Shown here: positions 11,901 to 24,209 of the stretch, piece by piece
Numbering within the stretch: position 1 is the stretch's first letter
How the letters are laid out: each line of letters begins with the position of its first letter
Assembly: GCA_020536535.1 (NCBI GenBank)
Contig: JAHLWZ010000963.1
Span: 1 to 37,549, forward strand
Direction: 5' to 3'
Length of the DNA stretch: 37,549 bases
DNA from: Pelomyxa schiedti
Lineage: Eukaryota; Protista; Evosea
Notes under the pieces: generated by a model
Databases searched by the model: none
Told to the model about the DNA's origin: nothing
The model's input: the letters and a program-made list of their open reading frames with translations, nothing else
Made by a program: the position numbers and the translations under genes

Positions 11901-14323
11901 CTCGACCTACTGGTTGACCTATCTGCCAGTGTTTTGGTGTAGTTGTGCACTTTGGAATGTTGAGTTTGACCTATACAAGGGAAACTTAGATATTTTTCTC
12001 AATGTGTAATATTTATCTATTTTATTTCAAACCTTCATGGGTAATGCATCGACAGCAAGAGGTTCATGGGGCTTAGTAACGACTCGTGTTGTCACAGCTG
12101 GCTGATAGGATGCTACTGAGGTAGGTTTCATTCCAGTTTCAGTTATTGTGGTGGTTGGTAATTGTGTTGAATTAGAAGATTGCGGGATAGAAGTCTGTGG
12201 TAGTGACGGCTCAACTGTGGTTGGGGGTTTGAAGGAGGTTTCATATTGTGGGGTGGGATTTGCAAGTAGGGAAGAACTTGGTTGGTACTGTGATATCTGT
12301 TGTGTTGTAACAATTGGTGGAGTTGAAGTAGCGGAGTGATTTTTAGCAACTTGGAGAGCGATAGACTCTATTGTTGGAGGGGTGCCAGTGTGCAATTGAT
12401 TAAAATATAAGAGAGATGGCAGGGGGGTAGGTTTATTCCCAAGTACTATCGAAGAGGCTGCAATTGGAGCCCTCAATGTATTTTGTGAGCTAGCATTAAT
12501 TGGCGAATGGCGGGAGGTATTAAAGTAAGGCGATGCATCAATCCGAGGTGGTGTGAGGGTATACAGTAAAGGTGGGGAGGCAACTGTCTTGTCATCCTCG
12601 GAACCACTTGAATAATCACTACTCCCAGAACTTCCTGATGAAGAGTGGTCTGCCTCATAATCAATGCATGAGGAAGATTGTGAATGATGAAAGGAATAAG
12701 GTGGATAGATATGTCTAGGGAGGGCCGTTCTTCCTACACCAGGGATTTCAGGGCTCATGGCATTCGGGCGGATAATGGTACCACTCTCAGGTGACACTAG
12801 AGGAGGGGTAGTGTGCGCTCGCTTTCCGTCAGCTAGGACTGCATGATGTGGTTTCATACTGGGGCTAAGGGGTGTAGGATGCACGACATCAGGCATCGAT
12901 GTCTTCCTAGGTTGTTTCCCATTCTCCGAGCAGAGAGGAGTGAGTATGGGTGCATGGTCCGAAGCAATCAATTGGCCACTCCGCCTTTTCGGTTGTGATG
13001 ATCTGACATCTTCAGAGACAATTAATTGAGTGCTCCTTCGGTTTCCAGGAGTTGGAGAAGGGGTTTGTAAGTCTTCTGGTGATGTCAGTTGTGTACTTCT
13101 ACGTGTACTTGCTCGAATAGATTTCACTTCTTCTGGTGTGAGCAGTCGCGGAACCCGTTTTCCGCTTCCCTGCAGAGGAACGGGCCCATCCTCAGAATAA
13201 AGTAGTTGTTCACTCCTTCGGCTGCCAGCTTTGATTGTTGTTGGTGACGGTGATGGTGAATTCCTGCCATTGTCTGCTCCCATTAATTTCAATGCTCTTG
13301 CTTCTCTATGCCTTTCTCTGATTTGGCGATCACGGTCTCCGCCCTCTCTCTCAGCATAATCTCTTTCAGGGTCACTGAGAAAGGTGTGAGGTCCCCTTAG
13401 TGACACATGGTCTGGGTTACTACATACTCTACGTTTCCATTGTCATACTCTTCTGCGTTATCAATTCCAATTTCTTCATTATCAATTAACGTAGTCCTTG
13501 CATCATATTGTTGTGATCTACGGGAAGTGGGCACAGTGGATTTTACTGTGTTGCCCTGTTGTCTGGCATAGTAAACGGCTGGATCAGAACCGGACCTGCT
13601 TCTGCCTATGATCATGTCATCCCCGTCTAAGTTGAGGCTACGTTTTGGTTTTTTTTTTTTTTAAGGAGATGATGAAGTCAGTATTGGTGCCTTTCTTCAG
13701 GAGAGATACTTTTTAGATGTCCTACGAAGATAGATTTTGAGAGCAACAGCTGAGCCAGGAGATGACATAATGACCATGTGGTTGTATGCCATAAGGGCAT
13801 CATCAAGCCAAGGTGCCCCTGGTGACACTGTAACTCTGTCATGTTCATGATCCTCATACCTACAATATAAGTTCTTGTTAACATGTGTTTTCAGCTGTAC
13901 CCAAAGCACTCCCTCCCATTTAGTGTTCTTTTGTGTGTTGGGTTAAGCTTATTATCATGTGTTCATGATTGCTTAATTGATCGATCAACAATCATGGAAA
14001 CGTACTGGTGCACAGCCACCTCTGCATTGAATTCCCTGCACAAATGTCTCACAATGAGTTGCTCAGGGGTCATCGAGGGCACGGTAACGAGCCTTATTTC
14101 GCGCTCCAGATGGCACTTGAGCCTCAACTGTTGGCCAAAAACACAAACAAAACAACAAGGGTCAATGCATGGTTTTTTTTTGGTTGTGTGCTGTGTGTGT
14201 TTGGTATTCTACGACCGCTGTCAAACGGCAGGAAAACACAACCGACGAGAAAGTCACGCGAAAAGAGTCGATTGGGGGACGAACCTTGTCGGGAAGCATG
14301 GCTCTGGCAGCGGCGCTCGTCAT
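8983..14323 (-). CDS. mkkA: STE11/MEKK-family MAP3K with PB1, kinase, F-box and WD40 domains (Dictyostelium MEKKalpha-like)
   Basis: The N-terminus is PB1-like ([17 protein letters not shown]...[11 protein letters not shown]), followed by a long Ser/Pro/Thr-rich exon (12027-13406). The kinase motifs are intact across GT-AG introns: [58 protein letters not shown]. Then come an F-box ([17 protein letters not shown]) and WD40 repeats ([24 protein letters not shown]...RIW). Stop at 8983-8985. Confidence 0.9.
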
Positions 14324-14579
14324 TGGAGTGATTGTGGGTTGTGTCACGGTGGTGACTGCTCTTACGTGCCGTTTGGCGACGGCGCAGAGGCCAATTGTGG
14401 GCGGCGAAGGAGGAAACGAAGAAAAAGAAACGCGAACCGAAGCGGGGAAGTGTCCCTTTTTTCTCTTTATCAGAAAAAGGCATCTCTACTTTTAAGGAAG
14501 GACAGCATGTTCAGTGTTGATTTAAGGGCCAAAGGGGGGGTGAGTTTGGGGCCAGTTAACTATGACACTGTTGCTGCCT

Positions 14580-17500
14580 TCAAGTCATTTCCTGCACCAA
14601 AGTGGCTGGGTTGAGAGTGGCTAATGACAAAGTACGCAGGTTTTCAAGGGCGTCTTGGGCGTGCTCGCGGGCAAGTGAGTCTGTGCTGGTGTCTCTAATG
14701 TGCTCGAGTTGGTATCTTAGCTCTCTCACTTGTTCCCCGGTCAGTGATGCCCACAAATTCTCGCGGAGTCCTTTGAAGAGCAGTGCAACCACGTATGTGG
14801 CACCTGTATTCTTAGGTGAGTCGATGTCACTCGAGAGTGGGTAAGTACCTCTAAGGACTTCAAAGGGTGACGATGCAGAACGGAGGATGCCTGAAAGGGC
14901 ACTGGCAAGTTCAGTAGCGTACAGCTTAATTCCGTGGGACAACAAAGGGCAGACGCTGCTCAGCAGGGACAGTGCACTTACCCGTACTTCCAAGGGTTCT
15001 TTTTCTTTCAAGTTCAGAAAAGCGGAGTGCATAATGATTTGGGCTGGCCACAGTGAGAAAATTAAATTGAATGAAGAACACACCATATTTGTTGAGAAGT
15101 TCTCCTTGGCACAGAGAAACCTGAACAATGACCTCCCCCATTTTTTGTCGGGTGGGAATAGAAGTACTGCTACCATTGTATACTGCAGTAAGACGGGGTA
15201 AGACTGCGCTGGTATTGTACCCTGCACCAAGGCTGACAAGTCCACTGATAGCAGCTGTATATATTGACCTTAACAGGGCATTAGAAAAACACAAGGAGTA
15301 CTGCAATAGCTTACTCTTCAGGTGAATCAAGTTGTTTGACCAATAGGTCAAAAATGGTCTGGGAATGTGACTCCAGAGTGGGGTCTCGCTCAATAATTTT
15401 GTGTCTCAGAGATATGAGTGCATGCCCACGTACGGCAACAAGGTCATGTGAGAGGTCAGAAATGATGGACTATTGAAAGAGTTAACTGTTGTAAGGTTCT
15501 TGCACATACTTGAAGAGACAAGGGTAAGGGGGTGGTAGTGGACTTGGGAGCAGGGACTGGAGGTGGCCTTTGGGCTAAGGTTGTTTTTTGCATAAGTTTG
15601 GTAAGCGATTCCAAAATATGACTGGCTGTGTGCGTTATTGCTTCATTCCCGTCATGTCTCAGCTGTTCTAGTATTGGAAGCACGTCAAAGAGAAGTGCTA
15701 AGTGCTCTGGTTGAAGTAACTCCGGGTTTACTTCTGAGCTAGCCACTGTTGATTCCTCTGAGGGTACGAGGAGACCAAGCAATTGCAGAGCTACTGCTAC
15801 AACCTCCATACTGGGGTGTCTAAGAGCGGTCTGTTTTTGTGTTTAGACGGTTTTTCCCTGGAGGTAGGGCCAGAACACACTTTGATAAAAGAGATTGCGT
15901 GGACAACGTTCTTAAGAACAGTGTATTCAAATTTTTCACAAAGAAGAGCAAGTAATGAAAAACTTCTTCTCAGCCTATAAGGGATATTAAAAGATCACTA
16001 GTGACAGAAAGGTGAAGTAATTACAAATAGTCAGATCCGACTTGCTCTGTAGTGGCTGATAGTAATTCAGTGAATACTGTTCCCGTGAGGCTATCACTAT
16101 GTATATCTTGAAGCAAGTCAATCAGGCACTCTATTTCCTGGTTCATTGCCTTCTCCTGCTCTGTTTCAATCCAACTGGAGAAAGTGAGTTCCCGAAAAGA
16201 CAACAAGTCAGAGACAAACCGCAACACCTGTAGCTGAATCCCACCACTGTCACTAAAGCAGAAATCGAGAAGAAATCCATGCAAATCGCCCCACCTTATG
16301 ATGCCCTCACATAGGGTGAGCTTTCTCAAAACCAAAGCTGCACTCGGGGAACTTTCGAAAAAGGAGTGTACGAAATCAGTGACTGCTTTCCGCAGTGGTG
16401 AAACACTGTCTCGGCACACACACCATAGCCGGAAAAATGCAGGAATCGCTATAGAAGTTAATTTGATGGATGCTTTGCCACCCTCTTATTTAAGTTGTAT
16501 CCTACTTACATTCAACAAGGGCTTGATGTTTCTGGGTAATCCAAAAAGTGAAACTTGCCAGCCTTGCCATTAGTTTGACTCTCCACTCAATATCAATGTC
16601 GGGGTACAACACAGAGTCTTCTCTGAGAGGTTCCTCCCCCCGTCTGATAAACGGTTTCTCAACTTCAGAAAGAATAGATAAACAAACTTTTGGGAGAGGA
16701 ACGCAGTAAACGGTTCAAGGATATCGGATAAAAATTGTGCACCACATCCTGGTAGTCCAATAATCTACTTGTTTTATTTATTTGGTTTTTTTTTAAAAAA
16801 CTAAGCCAGATGAGTGTTGCAGGAGTGCTCTTTGTGATTCCTGGTATATGTACCGAGGAAAGAATCTCGAAAGAGGCATTGCTCAATTGAGCTGACGTGT
16901 TAAGATGCATAGTATCCCGCAATATTTCGGTAGTTTGCTGATACATGCTGCGGAGGTATGCCTAGTACTGGAGTTGGTAGCGTCCTTAAAACACTTGAAT
17001 ACTCACTTGCTGGTCCAATTGTTTGGGAACACACAGTATTGATTTGACTGTGCTGTGCAGTGCTTCTGCATTTCCAGACATCTCTGGTGAGCAGATTGTG
17101 GCATTTAGAAGTCCAATTAACCCCCCTTTCCGCATAAGGACTCTACTCAGAGTAACACCTGTTTTGCAGGTTTTTTTTATTATTGCTTCTGGGTAAGAAA
17201 TGATACCACAAACACTCCTGAACCAAGACTGTGAAGACGATTGAAGTAATGTCATAATTGATTCAATTAGACTGTCAACTGGAAGTCTATTGTGGGTATA
17301 GTGTTACTAACAGGAAACTAGTAAGGAGCTCTGCCTAGAAATGAGGTAACTCAGTGTGGAACTGTACGCACTACCTGTCCCATTTGGTCGTGGGGAGTAG
17401 CATAAGTAGATATAAGAGACCAGGATGTCAAGGGAATAATATGGCACAACAGGAACATCAAGACCACGGCCTGAAACAAAGGCTTCAGTTTGGTGAAACT

Positions 17501-18339
17501 TCAAATAAAAAGGACACATTGTATTAGCTGGAGCATAAATTCAGCACACAGTTGAAGTTCTTCAGCTGAGCCCTTTCGTGTTGTTCTCAACTCCTGTTCT
17601 GCAAAAGTAAGATCAGGTATGCAACATGTCCAAAGAATTTTCATTTTTCGTACTTGGGAGTTTGCTTCTTAAAGCCAATGGTGGCGCTATGCCTGCACCC
17701 AATTGATTGTCAAAAGAGGAGTGGAAATTAATACCTTCTGGAAAACAAGGGTAAATCCCCCAAACAACTACAATTTCCACTACTCTACGGAGCTCATTTT
17801 GTGCAGATATGGGCAGAAATGGAGGGCACTCAACAATCTTAGCGTTCTGCGGTGCATCACATTAAGAGGGAAAGACAAGCTCATATATACTTCTGCGAAC
17901 GAAACATATTCCTCAGCCACAGAGCAAAGGTCCCTGACAAGTTCAATAGCTCTACTCACAAATCTCCACCGAACGTCCTATACAATGAGGTCACAAACCC
18001 ACTCCTCATAGGAGATGAGGTCAGCACCATCTGGGAAATGAATGCCGCGATTGCCTCACTATCGCCCAAGCTCGGTAACGCCGTAGACGCAGATGGCATA
18101 GTCGTTGCTCCGAGCATCACGGCGTCGTGGCAGTTTGTCGTAGTTGCACATGTGTCCCCCGAAGATTCGTGCGATTGAATTATGCCAACAGCCAGTCGCC
18201 ATTCAATAAGTGTAGAACGCGACGCGTCCCGCTCAGAATTACGTGCCGTAGATCCGGTCGTGCCACTAGGTGCAAATGGCTTGGTGAGAGCGAAGATCTT
18301 GGCCATTATCGCCTTTCCGCGCCTGTCAAAGTCATCCAT
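14580..18339 (-). CDS. TANGO6: TANGO6/TMCO7/Rtp1-like ARM/HEAT-repeat protein
   Basis: ATG at 18339 (MDDFDRRG). Family-like segments include LSRVLMRKGGLIGLL, HDLVAVRGHALISLR...IFDLLVKQLDSPE, YTAAISGLVSL, EPLEVRVSALSLL and SLAREHAQDALE. TGA at 14580-14582. Confidence 0.8.
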
Positions 18340-18445
18340 CGCGACTCAAGTTGTTTTTTTTTCCCCTTTTGTTCTTTGGAATTTAGTGGAAACGAAACAA
18401 ACAAGTTATTCAATGCGAGGGGATTTTGAAATATCTCGGCAGGGT
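18340..18445. promoter_or_regulatory. Putative compact bidirectional promoter (TANGO6-like / homeobox)
   Basis: Only ~106 bp separate the two divergent candidate start codons. The homeobox start may instead be at 18508. Confidence 0.45.
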
Positions 18446-19264
18446 ATGTCTGTTCGTTCCAAGGTTTTTATTTTGCATTTGTTCTTTGTTGGTTGGGTTT
18501 GTTGAGGATGGACAGAGTCACGTTGGAGTCCCAGAGGAGAAAAGCACAGGATACCATAAATAGACTCCCACCATCAGGGAAAGATAGTGTCGTGGTTGAC
18601 AAGGTATGCGTAGACTCTCGTTTGGTGTTTTTTTTTGTTTTTGTTTTGTTTTGTTTTTTAATTTGTTTTTTGTGGAGTTCTTGCTGTGTGACAGTTGATT
18701 GAATGATGGCTGTCGTTTGGGTAATTGTGGTGTTTGGCTTATGCGTAGATACAAACTGTTATGTTAGATGTGCAGTGATCTATCACAGCAGCTGCTAGTG
18801 TGTGCGCTGACCGAGATACAAATCCCGAGTCAGACAGCACCAGATACTGACTGGAAAAACCACAGTCGAACCAGGAGGAACATTCGGCCAGAGAGACCAA
18901 GAAAACGATCACTCTCAAGAGAGCAAGTGATTCCCCTCCGTATCTGGGCACTGAACCACGTAATGTAAGAATCTTCTTCTTCAAAGATTGCAGGAAGGAT
19001 ATGTAGCTATTAATAATTGATTGGACTGTTCTTCTTAATTCACACCTTGTATGTTCAGGAATATGTATCCTACTTCCGAGGAAAAAAAGGACTTGGAAGT
19101 GCTGTCTGGTTTAGATCAAAGGCAAGTAAATGACTGGTTCAGCAACCTCAGAAAAGTATCTAACCACTTCCTCACGGCTATTAATAACTCACAAAACAAA
19201 GAGAGTAATCAAGCCCTTGCAAATCGAATTCACGCAACCAGAGAGTCCCAGCGATAAAGCCTGA
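18446..19264 (+). CDS. TALE-class (Homeobox_KN) homeodomain transcription factor
   Basis: Spliced translation reads RKRSLSREQVIPLRIWALNHVM|NMYPTSEEKKDLEVLSGLDQRQVNDWFSNLRK|RVIKPLQIEF...DKA*. It has the TALE loop (xYP) and a WFxN helix 3. TGA at 19262-19264. Confidence 0.88.
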
Positions 19265-19527
19265 GAGACATAGGTTTTGGTTGTGCTTTTTTTATCAGAT
19301 ACAACAAGAAACACCACATGATAATCAAAAAACCCAAAGAGCACAAGAACAAAAGCATAATCACCTTGTTGTTCCTTACGATGCAACAGTGGCACCATCG
19401 ACGTTTTAAGCAACGAGCTCCAGATAGCAATCAAAAGGAAAAAAACGAACAACAAAACTTTAAATCTACGAAGAAAGGTTTTTTTGCCGAAGAAGCCCAA
19501 ACAAGAAGGAAGAAGGGTGAAGAAAGG

Positions 19528-22500
19528 ATGTCGTCGGACGACAGGGCACCGGACCAGCGACAAAGGGACGACGAACAACACCAACAAAGGCACCGGCACA
19601 GGCACAAAACTCGTGGGTCAGATTCTGACCACAGCCCATCGCCCAAATCGGGTCGCTCGCCGTCACCAAAGCCCTCGCCTCCTTCTTCTTGTTGTTCTTC
19701 TTCTTCGTCGTCGTCGAATGCAACTACAGTGACGTCATCCCCGCTTTCTCCGAGGGGCGCCGCCGCCCACTCTGCCGGCGCGCTTTCGCAGCCAACCAGT
19801 GCAGTTGCATCGTCGACGTCATCCGCTAAAAGCGGCCACCATCACCACAGACACCACCACAGCGGGTCCAGCGGGAACGAGGACAGACATTCTCCCAGAG
19901 AATCGCCGGTTGACCCGGTCCTGCCCCGCGGCTGCGGGATTTTCCATCGAACCGTCGCGCCTGCCTCTGGATTTGTGTTCCTTGGGATGCGGTCATGTGC
20001 AATTTCCGCGCATTTGTGCAGTGCTTTTGCCAGGGTGCACGTGACTCAGGCTTTCGAAACTTGTCTGGTGGACGAAAATACGACATACGAGTAGGGGCCA
20101 AATATCTCCTTTACTTAAAAATCAACTGGGAAACGAAATAATTACCACCAGGTACAATTTCATGCCTTCAGCACACTGCAATGTCATAGAAGAAATAAAA
20201 GTTAATGTTGCAGAGCATTCACGATTTACCTCTGGTGACTTTTTTAATCCTGCTTTCTTGCTCCAACACTACGTCATCAGTAGGAAATGACCATAGTTCA
20301 AGACCGTATTCAATTAAGATAGGACATATTTCGCGTGGTGAACGTGTAGAAGTACATGTGATTTACCTTGTTTTCCTGAAATCTCACAGTTTGCCAAAAA
20401 CCAGTCTTACTTTGAACTGAAAAAAAACAACAACAAAAAAAAGAATTGAATACTAGGAAGTTCACAATACCTGCGGATGTTGCCCCTTCAGTTTTACTAG
20501 ATCACACAGCCTCTCAGTCTATGGAAAGGCCTCAGGCAGTTCATTTGGCAACACCAACTGAAAATGGACTTTTTGTTAAACTCCATATATCTACGGACAC
20601 AAAAACCAATCCTCCACCACCACTTCCCAATGTTCAGTGCACCTCACATGAATTTGTTGTCCAATCTCACCGCACTTCATCAGCTCTTATATGTCATGGC
20701 TCTCAGGTGGTGTTCCTCATGAATTAATGTTTCTCTTTTTTTTACCTATTGGCAGAGAACCGGGCTGTCACGAAATATGGTATTCTCTGTCACTGATGAT
20801 TTGTGCAGTACAAATCCGCATGGATGGGTTGAAGTGTTCCCTACAAACCCCAACCTGGTTTCTCTTACTTCTCAGTTCCCCCCTTCTCAACCTCATAAAT
20901 TAGGGTGACCCAGAAGATCCAGCTGCAAGTGTAAGACAAACTTACCTGTGGTCCTTCATTTTCCAGTTTTGCGCACCTCGAGCAACTACTCAGAAACGAA
21001 GTTGCTTGATAATTGCTATTGACTTGTTCTCAACCTATCACTTTGCAATTTTCTTACTTAGAAATCTCAGACTCCATACTAGTAGCCAAGTTCACCAAGC
21101 AAGTTTATGTAAATATCTGAAAAGTCAGCTCTCTCAAATACCTGAACATGTAGCAGTCAATGTAATTGCCTACACTCCAGTACTTTCTTGTGCATTTCTT
21201 GCACCTGAAAATAGGAGGTCTGTTCGTTGTGCTTAGGCCTCTTTAGATTGACTACAATCCTTATTAGTGATGTAAGTGTTGAACAAGTCGGAGACTTCAT
21301 ATCTCAAATAAGAATTCCTGACAAAGGTTTCTTTCCCTGAAGAAGGAAAAAGGGAAAACTAAATCAAGGATACAGGTGGTGATCTCCTGGAACCCCTTAG
21401 GACCGAGCTTAGCAAATACCCTACAGCAAGACAGCTTCTACTTATAACAGATACCACTACTGAAGAGTATCTTGCACCCATTTTTCAACTCTGTGGGGAC
21501 CTTGGTATTTATTTATCTTATCAGCACAACAAGTTTATGACTATACTCCAGAGACTCGAGCCCTAGCCTTTTTAGTAGGTGACGAAAAACCACTTCTGTC
21601 TTGTGGGTTGCGGTATACAATGAAGTCCCAAGGGAATTACGTCTATCGCATAAACAATTCTTCCAAGATTCATTCCTTCAAACACTCTCTGAAAGATGCC
21701 TTTCTACGGTTGATTCTTTGTACTTCCCCCCTTTTTTACTTATTTAACAGGGCATCTGATCCTGTTTGTGTTGATGCTTATCTGGATTGGGGCCCCCTGG
21801 TCGTCAACACTGTTTGTCTTGTTACAGATTGTTTCCTTGTTCAACATCTCTTTTTTTCCAGATTCCCAAGTTGTTACCTCCACTTTTTTCAAGCTCAGTT
21901 TACACTGTCGTTGGCTATTCATCATGCCACAATTCCAATCGACGCCCTATAGTGCGACTAGGTTGCCGTTCTTTTTCTGATAATACAGATGTTTGGTTGT
22001 CTCCTTTACCTTTTTCTGGCGTTACTGTGCTCACGGCGAATACTTTATTGTATCCTTCTTTCTATGCATATGAGGTTCTTACTGCAGTTTAGAAAACAGC
22101 CACTTTCAACCAACGGCTCTTTGCATCTGAACTCTGCTGTAAAAGATATTTCTGCCCGTATTCATTCTTCTTCCGTTCCGCCTGTTACGTAAGTTTAAAC
22201 ATGTTCATAACTCCAGTGTAACTTGTTATAGAAATAGTATTGGAAGAGGTCCACCTATGAGAACGCCAAATTTTGCACCGTTGTTCACATCTTTTTATCT
22301 TAACCCTTGTTTTTTGACTTACAACATCATTACAGTCCCAATTCTGGACGCATTAACCGGTCGTTGAGTGGCTCTAACATTCCCGCGATGGAGTCTTCTG
22401 TCTCACACTCTCCGGTTAGCCCTCTTCAGATACATGCAATTCAGTCTGAACATGTGTCTTTGGGGCATCTTCCTCATTCCCATTCCATGCAGATGGCTCA

Positions 22501-24154
22501 TCCTCAGCGAACACCACCAACGTCCCCAAATGGGACACTTCCAAGTGACTCGTTAGCATCAGTTAGTTCCCCAACACCACTTTCACAATCAGCTCAATCA
22601 AACTCTCCAAGATCCATCCGTTCGCAGGTGCAGTAACTTAATCATGAACGTCTCCTCACGTTTTCACAGGCATTGCGAATGCACAAGTCTGTGCACGCCT
22701 TGTTTGAACTGGTCCCAGAAACATTTTCGTACACATTGCAAATGAGCTTACCTGAGGCTTATCCTATGGCACTACACTTTGCAATTCAAGTGAAAACCTT
22801 TCTTCCTCCCCCTAAAACTCACCCCAACGGCAGCGGATTGAAGAATTGCGGGGAACAACTCAACTTTCCACTTGCGATATGGAATTAGCACGAGCTTGCT
22901 CAGATTATGTTATAAACGGCCCCCGCTTCAACGAGTGCTTGAATAAAGGTGCCACTGTGGAACCACACTGCACTGTGAATTGCGTACAAGTTAGGGACTT
23001 AGTTTTGGCTTATATCGAAAAGAATGGCTTGAAAGAGCCAATAAAATGTCCAGTTGTGGAAGCCTATGGTGCTTCGAAACAAGTACAAATACTTAGCTTT
23101 AACCTTTCTTTTAAGTTTCCTTAGGGTCCCAGACCATCTATGGAAGATTGTTACATTCTCCTTCCACACATAAACTCTCTTTACGATTTAAAACCAGGAC
23201 ATCCCCCTGAAGTAATTTTCACCACTGGCTGACGTTTCTAAAATGCATTTAGGCTTTTTATGCAATATTTGATGGACATCGAGGTCACTTTGCTGCCCAA
23301 TACAGCAGAATAAACCTCCACCACCAGATTTACACGGATCCTTCATATTATTCTGATCCTCAGGTTAGTGTCCTTCCTACTTTACTTGACTCTCTGCTTA
23401 TTAAAAATTCCAAACCAAAGCAAGCAATCACGAATGCCTACGTTAAAACGGACCGCACATTTAACCTCTACGCACCAGCACGAAAATTAACGGCAGGGTG
23501 CACTGCCGTTACAGCAATGTTAACGGGTAGAAACAAACTTGTGGTTGCTAATGTTGGTGACTCTGAAGCAGTTTTATGTAGTGCAGGTTAAACTTCCTCT
23601 CTTCTGGTGACGGCTTCTTTCTCACATTACCACCATCAGGCAAGGCAGTTCGATTGACAACAATGCACAATCCCCTACTTGCATCTGAGAAAGTGCGAGT
23701 CACAGATGCCGGTGGCTGTATTGTGTGGTATGGGACTTGGCGTGTCAACGGAATTCTGGCTGTAACAAGATCAATTGGCGATTACCAAAATGAACAGGTT
23801 ACTCGCACAATCACACATTTTGCATTCCACACGAGACGAGACTCACCACAATTGCAGGTAATCGCGGATCCAGCCATTTGTGAGAGGACCCTAACACCTG
23901 AAGACGAATTCTTGGTTTTAGGCTCAGATGGTCTATTTGATGTACTGGGTCACCAAGTTGTAGTTGGTACTTTTTCCCAGTTTGGTGTAATTCTGAGTAA
24001 TTTATTTCCTGTAGATATTGTAAAAAAATTGCTCCAAGAGAATGTCGCCCCAAAGGACATTCCCGAGAAATTAGTTGATGCAGCCATGGAGGCCAAAACC
24101 AAAGACAACACCACAGTTTTGATTATTTTTTTCAACAGAACAGTAAATATGTAG
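19528..24154 (+). CDS. Apparent VIT-vWA(VWA5A-like, degenerate MIDAS)-Ser-rich linker-PP2C phosphatase fusion protein
   Basis: ATG at 19528 opens a Ser/His-rich start. VIT-like motifs: ARVHVTQAF, IKIGHISRGERVEVHVIY, FTIPADVAP. vWA-like motifs: LIIAID, LSQIPEHVAVNVIAY, GGDLLEPLRTELSKYPTARQLLLITD, PKLLPPLF. The linker then reads in frame into the PP2C domain. The junction at ~22050-22330 was not fully resolved. Confidence 0.65.
23125..24154 (+). CDS. PP2C (PPM) Ser/Thr phosphatase domain, C-terminal part of the preceding gene
   Basis: GPRPSMED, AIFDGHRG, AGCTAVT, VANVGDSEAVL, RVNGILAVTRSIGD, EFLVLGSDGLFD, KTKDNTTVLII; the metal-binding Asp residues are present. Confidence 0.93.
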
Positions 24155-24209
24155 TGTTGTTATTTTTCACATTTTCTTTCTCTGAAAGCAACAGCCCTTC
24201 ATTTTTTTA

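Noticed and set aside
14169-14495. Plus-strand ORF with a TM-like stretch ([19 protein letters not shown])
   Set aside because: It is antisense to the first exon and 5' region of the MEKK gene, whose minus-strand frame splices cleanly into the PB1 domain.
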